Source of the DNA: Thermoplasmata archaeon | Lineage (GTDB): Archaea; Thermoplasmatota; Thermoplasmata; Halarchaeoplasmatales; Halarchaeoplasmataceae | Reading direction: 5' to 3' | Assembly (NCBI GenBank): GCA_007129655.1 | Contig: SKVC01000023.1 | Coordinates: 1 to 39,192, forward strand | DNA: 39,192 nucleotides | Shown here: piece after piece, positions 26,512 to 34,605 of the stretch | Layout of the letters: the number at the start of each line of letters is the position of its first letter | Numbering within the stretch: the first letter of the stretch is position 1 | Notes under the pieces: generated by a model | What the model was told of the DNA's origin: nothing | Databases searched by the model: none | What the model saw: the letters and a program-made list of their open reading frames with translations, nothing else | Position numbers and translations under genes: made by a program

Positions 26512-28476
26512 TTAGATCACCTCGTCTATCATCCTCAGGATTTGTTGTTTGGTCATGTTCTTGTGTATGCAAGCATTCGACGGGCATGCAGCGATACAAC
26601 CACCACAACCGGTACACAATATTTCATCTACCTCTGCGATACCGGTGACTTCGTTCAACTCTCTAGCTGAATAGGGGCATACCTCAACACACACACCGCA
26701 ACCCACGCACATGTCCGGGTCTACCCATGCTATCATGGGGTCGCTTTCCAGTTCTTCACGGCTGATTATACCCATGGCCTTTGCAGCAGCTCCGCTTGCC
26801 TGTGCGACCACATCGGGTATATCTTTAGGTCCTTGACAGCATCCTGCGATGAAGACGCCGTCGGTGGTGGTATCGGAGGGCTTTAGCTTTGGATGTGATT
26901 CAAGGAAGAAACCATCGGCTCCTTCGGTTATCCTCAGAATCCTGCTCAGTTCACTAGAATCATTTCTAGGTATCAGTGGAGGTACCAGCACTATAATATC
27001 AGAATTTATTTCAAGTAGTTTTTGTGTGGAAGTATCGAAGATATTGTAGATCAGTTTACCATCCTCTTTTACATTTATCTCTGAGGGACGGCCTCTGATG
27101 AAATTTGATTTGCCGTCTCTTATCCTACGATAGAATTCCTCATAACCTTTACCAAAAGAACGTATATCGGTATAACATATGTTTATCTCCAAGTCTTCAC
27201 CCATATGATCTCTCAACAAATATGCCTGCTTTAGAGCACTCATGCACCCTATACGACAGCAGTATTCCTTGTGATCCATATCCCTAGAGCCGGCACATAG
27301 TACGAAAGAAACACTCTTTATCTCTTCACCATCGGATAAACGATGCACATGACCACTGGTGGGGCCGGAAGAGCTGATCAGCCTTTCAAACTCCAGGTTG
27401 GTGATGATATCGGGGCTTTGACTGTAGCCGTATTCGTACATATCGCTGGCTTCCAGCATGTCGTATCCTGTGGCTACTACGATACTTCCCACGTTAAGTT
27501 CTATCATCTTTTCCTCTTGCTGGTAGTCTATGGCTCCCAGTTCACATACATCTTGGCAGGGTGGGCTGTCTCCACATTTACCGCTGAGTAGCATTAAACA
27601 CTTGGATGGGTCGATGGTGTATTTCAATGGTACCGCCTGTTGAAATGGTACGTAGATCGCTGAGCGTTTGCCCAACCCTTCGTTAAATTTATCTAAAACT
27701 TTGTCTTTCATACGGCATACCTGTCCACACTCGCCGCATCCGTTGCACTTTTCCCAATCAACGTAGGTGGGTTTTCGTTTTACCTTTACCTTGAAATCTC
27801 CGACGCTACCGTCTACTTCGGTAACCTCTGAGTATGTGAGCAATTCAATATTCGGATGCCTGGCGACGTCCATCATCTTAGGAGTTAATATGCAGGAAGA
27901 ACAGTCCAAAGTCGGGAAGGTTTTGTCCAACTGGGCCATACGCCCTCCGATACTGGGCTCCCGCTCGACCAAGTAAACCTTTTTACCGGTATTAGCTAGA
28001 TCAAGGGAGGCTTGAATACCGGCTATGCCGGCACCGATGACCAATGCATCGTGGACCACATCTTTTTGGAAGCTGGTCAGGGCTTCAAGGGTATTTGCCT
28101 TCCTAACAGCCATGGCCACAAGGTCCTTCGCCTTCTTAGTTGCCTCTTCTTTTTCATCCTTGTGTACCCAAGAACAGTGCTCTCTGATATTCGCCATCTC
28201 CAGGCAAAATCGATTAAGTCCGGCATCTTCTATGACCGATTGGAAGGTTGGTTCGTGCATACGCGGACTGCATGACGTGACGACGATACGGTTCAAGTCG
28301 TGCTCCTCTATTGCATCCTTGATCACCTTTCCACCGGGATCCGAGCACATATACTTGTAATCCGCTGCGTAAACAACGTCGTCTAACTCTGAAGAGAATT
28401 TGACTAAGTCGTCAACGTCAACCACTCCTCCTATATTGGTTCCGCAGTGGCAGATGAAAACACCGATTCTTGCCAT
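26512..28476 (-). CDS. hdrA: Heterodisulfide reductase subunit A, canonical four-domain form (654 aa)
   Basis: MARIGVFICHCGTNIGG (N-terminal cluster domain). VIGAGIAGIQASLDLA. DKTFPTLDCSSCIL. Inserted ferredoxin (CNGCGECGQVC). NLEFERLISSSGP. YCCRIGCMSA. C-terminal CVGCGVCVEVCP and CTGCGGCIAACP. An AGGAGGAGG SD lies within the end of hdrB. Confidence 0.9.
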   Translation of the reverse strand: MARIGVFICHCGTNIGGVVDVDDLVKFSSELDDVVYAADYKYMCSDPGGKVIKDAIEEHDLNRIVVTSCSPRMHEPTFQSVIEDAGLNRFCLEMANIREHCSWVHKDEKEEATKKAKDLVAMAVRKANTLEALTSFQKDVVHDALVIGAGIAGIQASLDLANTGKKVYLVEREPSIGGRMAQLDKTFPTLDCSSCILTPKMMDVARHPNIELLTYSEVTEVDGSVGDFKVKVKRKPTYVDWEKCNGCGECGQVCRMKDKVLDKFNEGLGKRSAIYVPFQQAVPLKYTIDPSKCLMLLSGKCGDSPPCQDVCELGAIDYQQEEKMIELNVGSIVVATGYDMLEASDMYEYGYSQSPDIITNLEFERLISSSGPTSGHVHRLSDGEEIKSVSFVLCAGSRDMDHKEYCCRIGCMSALKQAYLLRDHMGEDLEINICYTDIRSFGKGYEEFYRRIRDGKSNFIRGRPSEINVKEDGKLIYNIFDTSTQKLLEINSDIIVLVPPLIPRNDSSELSRILRITEGADGFFLESHPKLKPSDTTTDGVFIAGCCQGPKDIPDVVAQASGAAAKAMGIISREELESDPMIAWVDPDMCVGCGVCVEVCPYSARELNEVTGIAEVDEILCTGCGGCIAACPSNACIHKNMTKQQILRMIDEVI

Positions 28477-28478
28477 GT

Positions 28479-29354
28479 TCAGTCCTCCTCCTTGGAACCG
28501 AGCTTATCAACCGGGCTTTTGTTTAAGTGTAAACCTAGTGCCTCTGGTTCTTTACCCATGGCCAGACCGAGTAACTGTATATAATAAATAACCGGTATAT
28601 TCAACGAAGCGCCGACTGTTTGTCCCGCGCTGTCCTGTTTTGTGTCGAACATCCGCTGTCCCCATGGACACATGGTGGTCATCCCGTCGAATCCATGGTT
28701 TTGTACGGCTTCCAGCTTCTGTCCGGTCTTGGTAAGGGCGGATTCCTGTTCATTCAATAGAATGTGGGCACCGCAGCAGTCCAATTTTTCGTTGTAGTAA
28801 TCACTCTCAGCACCGATTGTTTTTAGCAAAGTCTCAAGCTTCTGTGGATTCTCCGAATCGTCAGGTCTGGGAATATCGTTGGGACGGATAAGATGACAGC
28901 CGTAGTGTGCGGCTATGTTGAGCCCTTCTAAGGGCTCTTTGATATGCTCTTTGATTACTTCTGTACCGATTTCATCATGTAGAAGATCTAAAAGATGGTA
29001 ATGCTTTACCTTGCCTTTGTACTCCAACCCTTCTTCTTTAAGATAAGAATTTACCTTTTCCTTTAAAGTCGGATTTTTATCTAATACATCCTTAGCTTCT
29101 GAGATCGCTTGGTGACAATATGGACAAGGCGCCAAGATATCAAGTCCCTCCTTCTCGAAGAGAGCGATATTTCTAGCTGATAAGTACATAGTTAAAGACA
29201 GGTTGATGTGCCTCAATGGTGCACCACAGCAGGCCGGCCCCTCGATATCAACTAACTCCGTACCAAGCTCCGGTAATACTTCTCTGATGGCCAGTTCGTA
29301 TGCATACTGTTCCGTTGGTATCAAACATCCAAGGTATAATCCGATTTTTTCCAT
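28479..29354 (-). CDS. hdrB: Heterodisulfide reductase subunit B (two CCG domains, the second one degenerate)
   Basis: CCG domain 1 has C10, C42-C43 (ACCGAP) and C77-x2-C80 (CPYC). CCG domain 2 has C153, C193-C194 (DCCGAH) and C229-x2-G232 (CPWG, nt 28659-28670, tgt cca tgg gga). Confidence 0.85.
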   Translation of the reverse strand: MEKIGLYLGCLIPTEQYAYELAIREVLPELGTELVDIEGPACCGAPLRHINLSLTMYLSARNIALFEKEGLDILAPCPYCHQAISEAKDVLDKNPTLKEKVNSYLKEEGLEYKGKVKHYHLLDLLHDEIGTEVIKEHIKEPLEGLNIAAHYGCHLIRPNDIPRPDDSENPQKLETLLKTIGAESDYYNEKLDCCGAHILLNEQESALTKTGQKLEAVQNHGFDGMTTMCPWGQRMFDTKQDSAGQTVGASLNIPVIYYIQLLGLAMGKEPEALGLHLNKSPVDKLGSKEED

Positions 29355-29361
29355 GTTTTAT

Positions 29362-29892
29362 TCACCTCAGCGTCTCCGTAGCAGCCTTCATCAGCACCTG
29401 CTGTAATTTAGGCATCTCTTCGGGTCCTTTTATTTTCGGTAGCCCCATATCATCTCTCGTTACGGCGTTATTTTCTCTATCCACCACTTCTTTCGGGGAT
29501 TGAATAAATCCCGTTCCTAAAACAGCTTGTAGCATATTCGAATAACCTGAATCAATCTGTTTACCGGATGATACAGCGATGTTCTTCACGGCAAAGATAA
29601 CATCTACTGGAGCCAGATCTTGAGGACATCTTTCTTTACATTTTAAACAGGTAACGCATGTCCATATCTCACCGGAGTTCAACAACTCGTCGATGAATCC
29701 TGATTTGGAGAGGGCCATCACCTTGTGCGGCTCCAGTTCGGTCAATATGAAGGCTTCGCAACCAGACGTGCATTTACCGCATTGGTAACAGTCGTGGGGG
29801 ATGTCCTCCTGCAAACCTTTGATTATGTCGTTTATTTTCTTTTGTGCTTCGCCTTCCGGCTCGGCCATAGATGTAAGGTCGATTATGCTCAT
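29362..29892 (-). CDS. hdrC: Heterodisulfide reductase subunit C
   Basis: CYQCGKCTSGCE and CVTCLKCKERCP (2x[4Fe-4S]-type motifs). Length 176 aa. It lies 7 nt upstream of hdrB. Confidence 0.85.
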   Translation of the reverse strand: MSIIDLTSMAEPEGEAQKKINDIIKGLQEDIPHDCYQCGKCTSGCEAFILTELEPHKVMALSKSGFIDELLNSGEIWTCVTCLKCKERCPQDLAPVDVIFAVKNIAVSSGKQIDSGYSNMLQAVLGTGFIQSPKEVVDRENNAVTRDDMGLPKIKGPEEMPKLQQVLMKAATETLR

Positions 29893-29933
29893 TTATAACA
29901 CCGTTATAACTAATTTTTCCGGGTCTATTAATA

Positions 29934-30761
29934 CTATTCCCCTTTAAAGAGGGGTTTTCTCTTTTCGATAAAGGCATCCATACCTTCTTTTTGATCTTCA
30001 GTGTCGAAGAGTTCGGCGAACATCTCTGCCTCTACTTCCAAACCTTCGTAAAGGGGTAGATCGATACCTTCTTTGATAGCTACCTTTGCATTCTCGATTG
30101 CTACAGGGCCTTTTTCAGCTATCTTCTGAGCCATCTCCATGGCTGCCTTGAATACCGGTTCGTTATCTTGGATCGGTCGGCCCTTTTCATCTTTTACCAT
30201 TTCTCCGCTATCGTCCTCTTGATAACCTTTTACTAAATGCTGAACCAGACCGATATTGTAGGCTTCTTCAGCGCTGATGATGTCTCCTGTAAATATAAGC
30301 TCCTTGGCTTTACCGGGACCTATACAGCGAGCCAATCGTTGAGTACCGCCGAATCCGGGTATAACTCCCAGGTTGACCTCGGGCTGCCCGAACTTCGCTG
30401 CCTTCGAGGCTATACGTATATCACAGGCTAGTGCTACTTCGGTTCCTCCGCCTAGGGCGAATCCGTTAACTGCTGCGATAACGGGTACGTGTAGTTCCTC
30501 TAAACGACTTAAAACATTCTGGCCCAACTCTGTAAATTCCCAGGCCTCATCAAAGGACATATCCTTCATCTCTTTGATATCGGCTCCGGCAACGAAGGCT
30601 CTTCCCTTACCGGTAACTATCACCGCACGTAAGTTTTCGTCATCTTCGAGTTCTTCAAGAGCAGAATCTAATTCCATGAGTAATTCTGTACATAATACGT
30701 TCATGGGTGGATTGTTCATGTAAATAGTCGCTATACCGTTTTCCATCTCCATATCTATCAT
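29934..30761 (-). CDS. crt: Enoyl-CoA hydratase (crotonase family)
   Basis: VIVTGKGRAFVAGADIKEM. AAVNGFALGGGTEVALACDIRIAS. PEVNLGVIPGFGGTQRL. There is a ~20-aa acidic insertion (KGYQEDDSGEMVKDEKGRPIQDNE) relative to the short clostridial Crt as I recall it. Confidence 0.85.
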   Translation of the reverse strand: MIDMEMENGIATIYMNNPPMNVLCTELLMELDSALEELEDDENLRAVIVTGKGRAFVAGADIKEMKDMSFDEAWEFTELGQNVLSRLEELHVPVIAAVNGFALGGGTEVALACDIRIASKAAKFGQPEVNLGVIPGFGGTQRLARCIGPGKAKELIFTGDIISAEEAYNIGLVQHLVKGYQEDDSGEMVKDEKGRPIQDNEPVFKAAMEMAQKIAEKGPVAIENAKVAIKEGIDLPLYEGLEVEAEMFAELFDTEDQKEGMDAFIEKRKPLFKGE

Positions 30762-30769
30762 ATAAACAC

Positions 30770-31624
30770 CTATTTCGAGTAGTCGTAAAAGCCTTTACCT
30801 GTCTTTCTTCCCAGGTAACCGGCCCTTACCATGGTCTTCAGTAGCGGGCAGGGTCTGTACTTCGAATCGTTGAATTCGTTGTAAAGTACTTCCATTATAT
30901 GTAGAACCGTATCGAGACCTATGAGATCTCCCAGAGCTAGTGGTCCCATTGGGTGATTCATACCGAGCTTCATCACCTGATCGATGTTTTCGGCCTCGGC
31001 AACACCGTTCTGGAGGCAGTAAACCGCTTCGTTTATCATGGGTATAAGAACTCTGTTGGAAACGAACCCCGGAGAATCGTTGACTTCTACGGGTATCTTT
31101 CCCATCTCTTCGGACATCTTGATTATTATGTCGGTGGTCTCATCGGATGTTCGCAGACCACGTATCACTTCCACCAGTTTCATCAACGGCACCGGATTCA
31201 TGAAGTGCATACCGATGAACTTTTCCGGACGCTCGGTGAAGGAAGCCATCTTCGTGATCGGTATAGTAGATGTGTTCGATGCCAGTATTGTATCCGGTCC
31301 GCATAATTCGTCCAGTTCTGAGAATACCTCTTCCTTTATGTTAACATCTTCGATCACCGCTTCGATTACCAGGTCGCAGTCTTTGAGGTCCTCCATGTCC
31401 ACTGTTCCTGTTATACGTGATAAAGTTTCTTCCTTGTCTTCTTCGGACATCTTACCCTTTTCCACACCCTTGTTTAGGAATTTTTCAATTCCTTTCATGC
31501 CGTTATCTACAAATTCCTGCTTGATATCACGCATAACAACTTCATATCCCGTTTGGGCTGCTACTTGTGCTATACCGTGTCCCATGGTTCCTGCGCCTAC
31601 TACTCCTATTTTTTTTATTTCCAT
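30770..31624 (-). CDS. hbd: 3-hydroxyacyl/3-hydroxybutyryl-CoA dehydrogenase
   Basis: [18 protein letters not shown] (NAD Rossmann fold). [34 protein letters not shown]-terminal [11 protein letters not shown]. Confidence 0.9.
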   Translation of the reverse strand: MEIKKIGVVGAGTMGHGIAQVAAQTGYEVVMRDIKQEFVDNGMKGIEKFLNKGVEKGKMSEEDKEETLSRITGTVDMEDLKDCDLVIEAVIEDVNIKEEVFSELDELCGPDTILASNTSTIPITKMASFTERPEKFIGMHFMNPVPLMKLVEVIRGLRTSDETTDIIIKMSEEMGKIPVEVNDSPGFVSNRVLIPMINEAVYCLQNGVAEAENIDQVMKLGMNHPMGPLALGDLIGLDTVLHIMEVLYNEFNDSKYRPCPLLKTMVRAGYLGRKTGKGFYDYSK

Positions 31625-31628
31625 TTTA

Positions 31629-32807
31629 TCACATCTCTACTATCATAGCTACTGCGTTTCCACCGCCGAGACATAGGGTAGCCAATCCTCTGTGTGCACC
31701 CCGGTCTTTCATAGCGTAAAGCATAGTGGTTAACACTCTTGTACCGCTGCATCCTATGGGGTGTCCCAAGGCAACTGCGCCTCCGTGGACGTTGATTTTG
31801 TCTTCGGGTATATCGAACTCCTTTTGGATTGCCAATGATGCAGAGGCAAAGGCCTCGTTGTGCTCTATAATATCTATATCGTCGATGGTTAGGTCGTTTC
31901 TCTTCATCAGTTCCTTCATGGCAGGAACCGGTGCTTTCATCACATGTTCCGGTATCACACCTGCCGTGTTATAGTCAACTATCTTAGCCATAGGCTCCAA
32001 TCCCATGGAATCTGCCTTTTCATCACTCATGACTACTACAGCCGATGCCCCGTCGGATATCTGAGACGCATTACCAGCGGTTACCAATCCGTCTTTTTTG
32101 AAGACCGGTCTTAGCTTTCCAAGGGTTTCCAACGTTGTATCCGGCCGTACACCTTCGTCTTTTTTGAACATTATCGGTTCGCCCTTTCTTTGTGGTACTT
32201 CGATCGGGAATATTTCTTCATCAAATTTCCCCTCCTCTGCTGCAATAGATGCCAACCGGTGACTTCTGAGTGCGAATTTATCTACATCTTCTCGTGTTAG
32301 ATCGTATAGTTCCGCTATTATCTCTCCGGTCAATCCCATATGAAAATCATTGTATACATCCCACAGGCCGTCGTTGACCATGGCATCGATTATCTCTCCG
32401 TTACCCAATCGGTAACCGTTCCTCGCCTTATCCAGAACGTAGGGCGCTCTGGTCATATTCTCCATGCCCCCTGCGACGATGGCATCGTACTCTCCAACCT
32501 TTATGCTATTTGCCGCAAACATGACGGTCTTGAGTCCGGAACCACATACCTTATTCACCGTGGTCGCTCCGGCTTCAACCGGTATTTCCGCACCGATGGC
32601 CGCCTGTCTCGCTGGATTCTGTCCTAATCCTGCGGAGACTACATTACCCATCAATACTTCTTGAACATCCTCTTTGTTTATGCCTGCTCGCTTAACTGCT
32701 TCTTCGATAGCTAAACTTCCGAGTTTCGGTGCTGGAAAGCCGGAAAGTGTGCCGTTGAATCTGCCTATCGCCGTTCTAGCGGCGGATATTATAACTGCTT
32801 CTTTCAT
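31629..32807 (-). CDS. Acetyl-CoA C-acetyltransferase (thiolase II)
   Basis: [10 protein letters not shown] (nucleophilic Cys). [32 protein letters not shown]. An AGGAGAG SD lies upstream. Confidence 0.9.
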   Translation of the reverse strand: MKEAVIISAARTAIGRFNGTLSGFPAPKLGSLAIEEAVKRAGINKEDVQEVLMGNVVSAGLGQNPARQAAIGAEIPVEAGATTVNKVCGSGLKTVMFAANSIKVGEYDAIVAGGMENMTRAPYVLDKARNGYRLGNGEIIDAMVNDGLWDVYNDFHMGLTGEIIAELYDLTREDVDKFALRSHRLASIAAEEGKFDEEIFPIEVPQRKGEPIMFKKDEGVRPDTTLETLGKLRPVFKKDGLVTAGNASQISDGASAVVVMSDEKADSMGLEPMAKIVDYNTAGVIPEHVMKAPVPAMKELMKRNDLTIDDIDIIEHNEAFASASLAIQKEFDIPEDKINVHGGAVALGHPIGCSGTRVLTTMLYAMKDRGAHRGLATLCLGGGNAVAMIVEM

Positions 32808-32883
32808 ATTTATCTCTCCTGTTTTCTATCTCGTGAATGGGATAGCCATGAATATATGAGCGTTTTTAAACGTATTGGTTATA
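32808..32883 (-). promoter_or_regulatory. 76-nt gap inside the array: candidate internal promoter and SD for thiolase-hbd-crt
   Basis: The minus-strand reading is gtataaccaatacgtttaaaaacgctcatatattcatgg..aacaggagagataaatATG. It contains the A/T boxes tttaaaaa and catatatt, and a short inverted repeat cgttt-aa-aaacg. Confidence 0.3.
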
Positions 32884-33840
32884 CTAAGCCATTTTTTCTT
32901 TGATAGCTGCAGTGAGCTTAGGAAGTACCTCGTAAAGGTCTCCTACCAATCCATAGTCTGCGGATTTAAATATCAACGCTTCAGGATCCTTGTTTATAGC
33001 TACGATGATGTCCGAATCCCGCATACCGGCGATGTGCTGTATCTGGCCCGAGATACCTATGGCGATATACACCTTGGGTTTTACCTTATGGCCTGAGAGG
33101 CCTATCCAGTGATCCTCAGTAAACCATTTCATATCCGCTGAAAGCGGTCTTGAACATCCCAGGGTTTCTCCGGGTAGTAGTCTTGCCAACTCTTCGGCCA
33201 TCTTAGTATCTTCCTTATTTTTGAAACCTCTACCGCAGGAAACTATGGAAGTTGCCGCTTCGACGTTGACTCCTTCCGACTCCATCACCTGTATGTTGGT
33301 TATCTCTGAAGGGAAAGTTTTGTAATCTACACTTTCTTTTGTTACCTCCCCGGTTCTTGAGCTATCTGCAGGTAGAGGATCGTAGAGTTTAGAAGGTATA
33401 GTCATGATATGAGGCTTGCCGGTGAATTGCTCAACAGCGATGGCATTACCGCTGTAAACTACACGTTCCGTGGTCAACTCACCGTCTTTAAAGTATATAT
33501 CCGTGCATCCGGTAACGCAACCGGTGTTAAGCATCGCCGCCAGTCTGGGAGCTAGCTCGTTTCCATCCTTGTTGGAACCTATCATGATAGTTTCCGAGCC
33601 TAGCTTTTCCGCTATATTAGCGATCATCTGTGTGTATTCCTCAACCTTGAAGTTTTTCAGATCAGTTTCGGCAACGAATACCTTGTCCGCACCGTGCTGT
33701 ATGTATTCATCCGCTTCGTCTTCGCCTATCAATACAACTGTGACTTCCTTACCCTGTTCATCAGCTAGTTCTCTTCCCTTTGCCAACATCTCTAAGGTAA
33801 GGTTTTTTTCGTTAGAATATATCAATACCATCTTTATCAC
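32884..33840 (-). CDS. etfA: Electron transfer flavoprotein alpha subunit
   Basis: Typical EtfA C-terminal FAD domain (VSCGRGF..LGCSRPL..W..GLSGHKVKPKVYIAIGISGQIQHIAGM..IVAINKDPEA.IF..ADYGLVGD). No N-terminal ferredoxin domain. The track start is a GTG at 33840. The ATG at 33831 lies 6 nt after a GGGGTG SD and is the likelier start. Confidence 0.9.
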   Translation of the reverse strand: MIKMVLIYSNEKNLTLEMLAKGRELADEQGKEVTVVLIGEDEADEYIQHGADKVFVAETDLKNFKVEEYTQMIANIAEKLGSETIMIGSNKDGNELAPRLAAMLNTGCVTGCTDIYFKDGELTTERVVYSGNAIAVEQFTGKPHIMTIPSKLYDPLPADSSRTGEVTKESVDYKTFPSEITNIQVMESEGVNVEAATSIVSCGRGFKNKEDTKMAEELARLLPGETLGCSRPLSADMKWFTEDHWIGLSGHKVKPKVYIAIGISGQIQHIAGMRDSDIIVAINKDPEALIFKSADYGLVGDLYEVLPKLTAAIKEKMA

Positions 33841-34604
33841 CCCAGAGCTCCCGATTTAGCAAGATTGTCAACAAGCTCTTTGATGCCTTCGTCGATATCA
33901 TCTTTGTAGATGACGTTCTTTCTCTCCATGGCTACACCCTTTATATCTGATATCTTCGTTCCTGCTTCTACCTCAGCTTCAAGAGAGGACGGGTCTATGG
34001 TCTCTATGGGCTTGTTAGCCGCACCGAGTATCTCCATCAAGCTGGGTAATCTCGGTTCGTTGATCTCCTTTGTAACTGTTAGTAAAACCGGATATGGCGA
34101 TTCAACGGTTACCTTTTTACCACTAAGATCCCTATCTGCTGTGAGCTTATCTGCCTCAGCATCTACATTTTTAGCATAGGTGATCTGCGGTATATCGAGT
34201 TTCTGAGCTACACGGGGCCCCATCTGTCCCGAGAAAAGATCTATCGAGGCTTCTCCGCATAAAACCATATCGTACTCCATACCGTTGATAACGGCGGCGA
34301 GTAAGTTGGAAACCACGTTGTAATCTCTGGTATCGTCCAGAGGGATGATCTTAGCTTCGTCGGCACCCATGGCCAGCAATTCTTTTATGTATTCCCTGGC
34401 CTCCGAAGGCCCTACGCTGACTACGGTAACCTTACCGCCGAGTTTTTCCTTTATCTTTACAGCCTCTTCGACTGCGTTCTTATCTATATCACTTATCTTC
34501 TTGTCGATACCCTGAAGGATCGGTTTGTTCGTCTTCGGGTCTACTTTTATTTGAGAAACGTCCAGTACTTCTTTTGCACACACTACAATATTCATGATCA
34601 ACAC
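33837..34604 (-). CDS. etfB: Electron transfer flavoprotein beta subunit
   Basis: MNIVVCAKEVLDVSQIKVD..VTVVSVGP..LAMGADEAKII..VLCGEASID, the typical EtfB pattern. The track start is a GTG at 34604. The ATG at 34595 (MNIVVC) lies 6 nt after a GAGGTG SD and is the likelier start. Confidence 0.9.
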   Translation of the reverse strand: MLIMNIVVCAKEVLDVSQIKVDPKTNKPILQGIDKKISDIDKNAVEEAVKIKEKLGGKVTVVSVGPSEAREYIKELLAMGADEAKIIPLDDTRDYNVVSNLLAAVINGMEYDMVLCGEASIDLFSGQMGPRVAQKLDIPQITYAKNVDAEADKLTADRDLSGKKVTVESPYPVLLTVTKEINEPRLPSLMEILGAANKPIETIDPSSLEAEVEAGTKISDIKGVAMERKNVIYKDDIDEGIKELVDNLAKSGALG

Positions 34605-34605
34605 C

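Noticed and set aside
20055-28476. Selenocysteine (in-frame TGA) in the HdrA or MvhD homologues, as occurs in some methanococci and deltaproteobacteria
   Set aside because: All hdrA and mvhD ORFs are continuous, with Cys at the expected motif positions (DKTFPT-x-DCS-x-C, CNWCSY). No in-frame TGA needs to be invoked.
14814-29892. Reading HdrABC + MvhADG as evidence that the organism is a methanogen
   Set aside because: No mcr, mtr, fwd or CoM/CoB genes occur in the window. Hdr/Mvh-like sets are widespread in non-methanogenic anaerobes. The cluster context (beta-oxidation genes, NuoEF-like module, degenerate HdrB) points away from a classical CoM-S-S-CoB role. The window alone cannot decide this.
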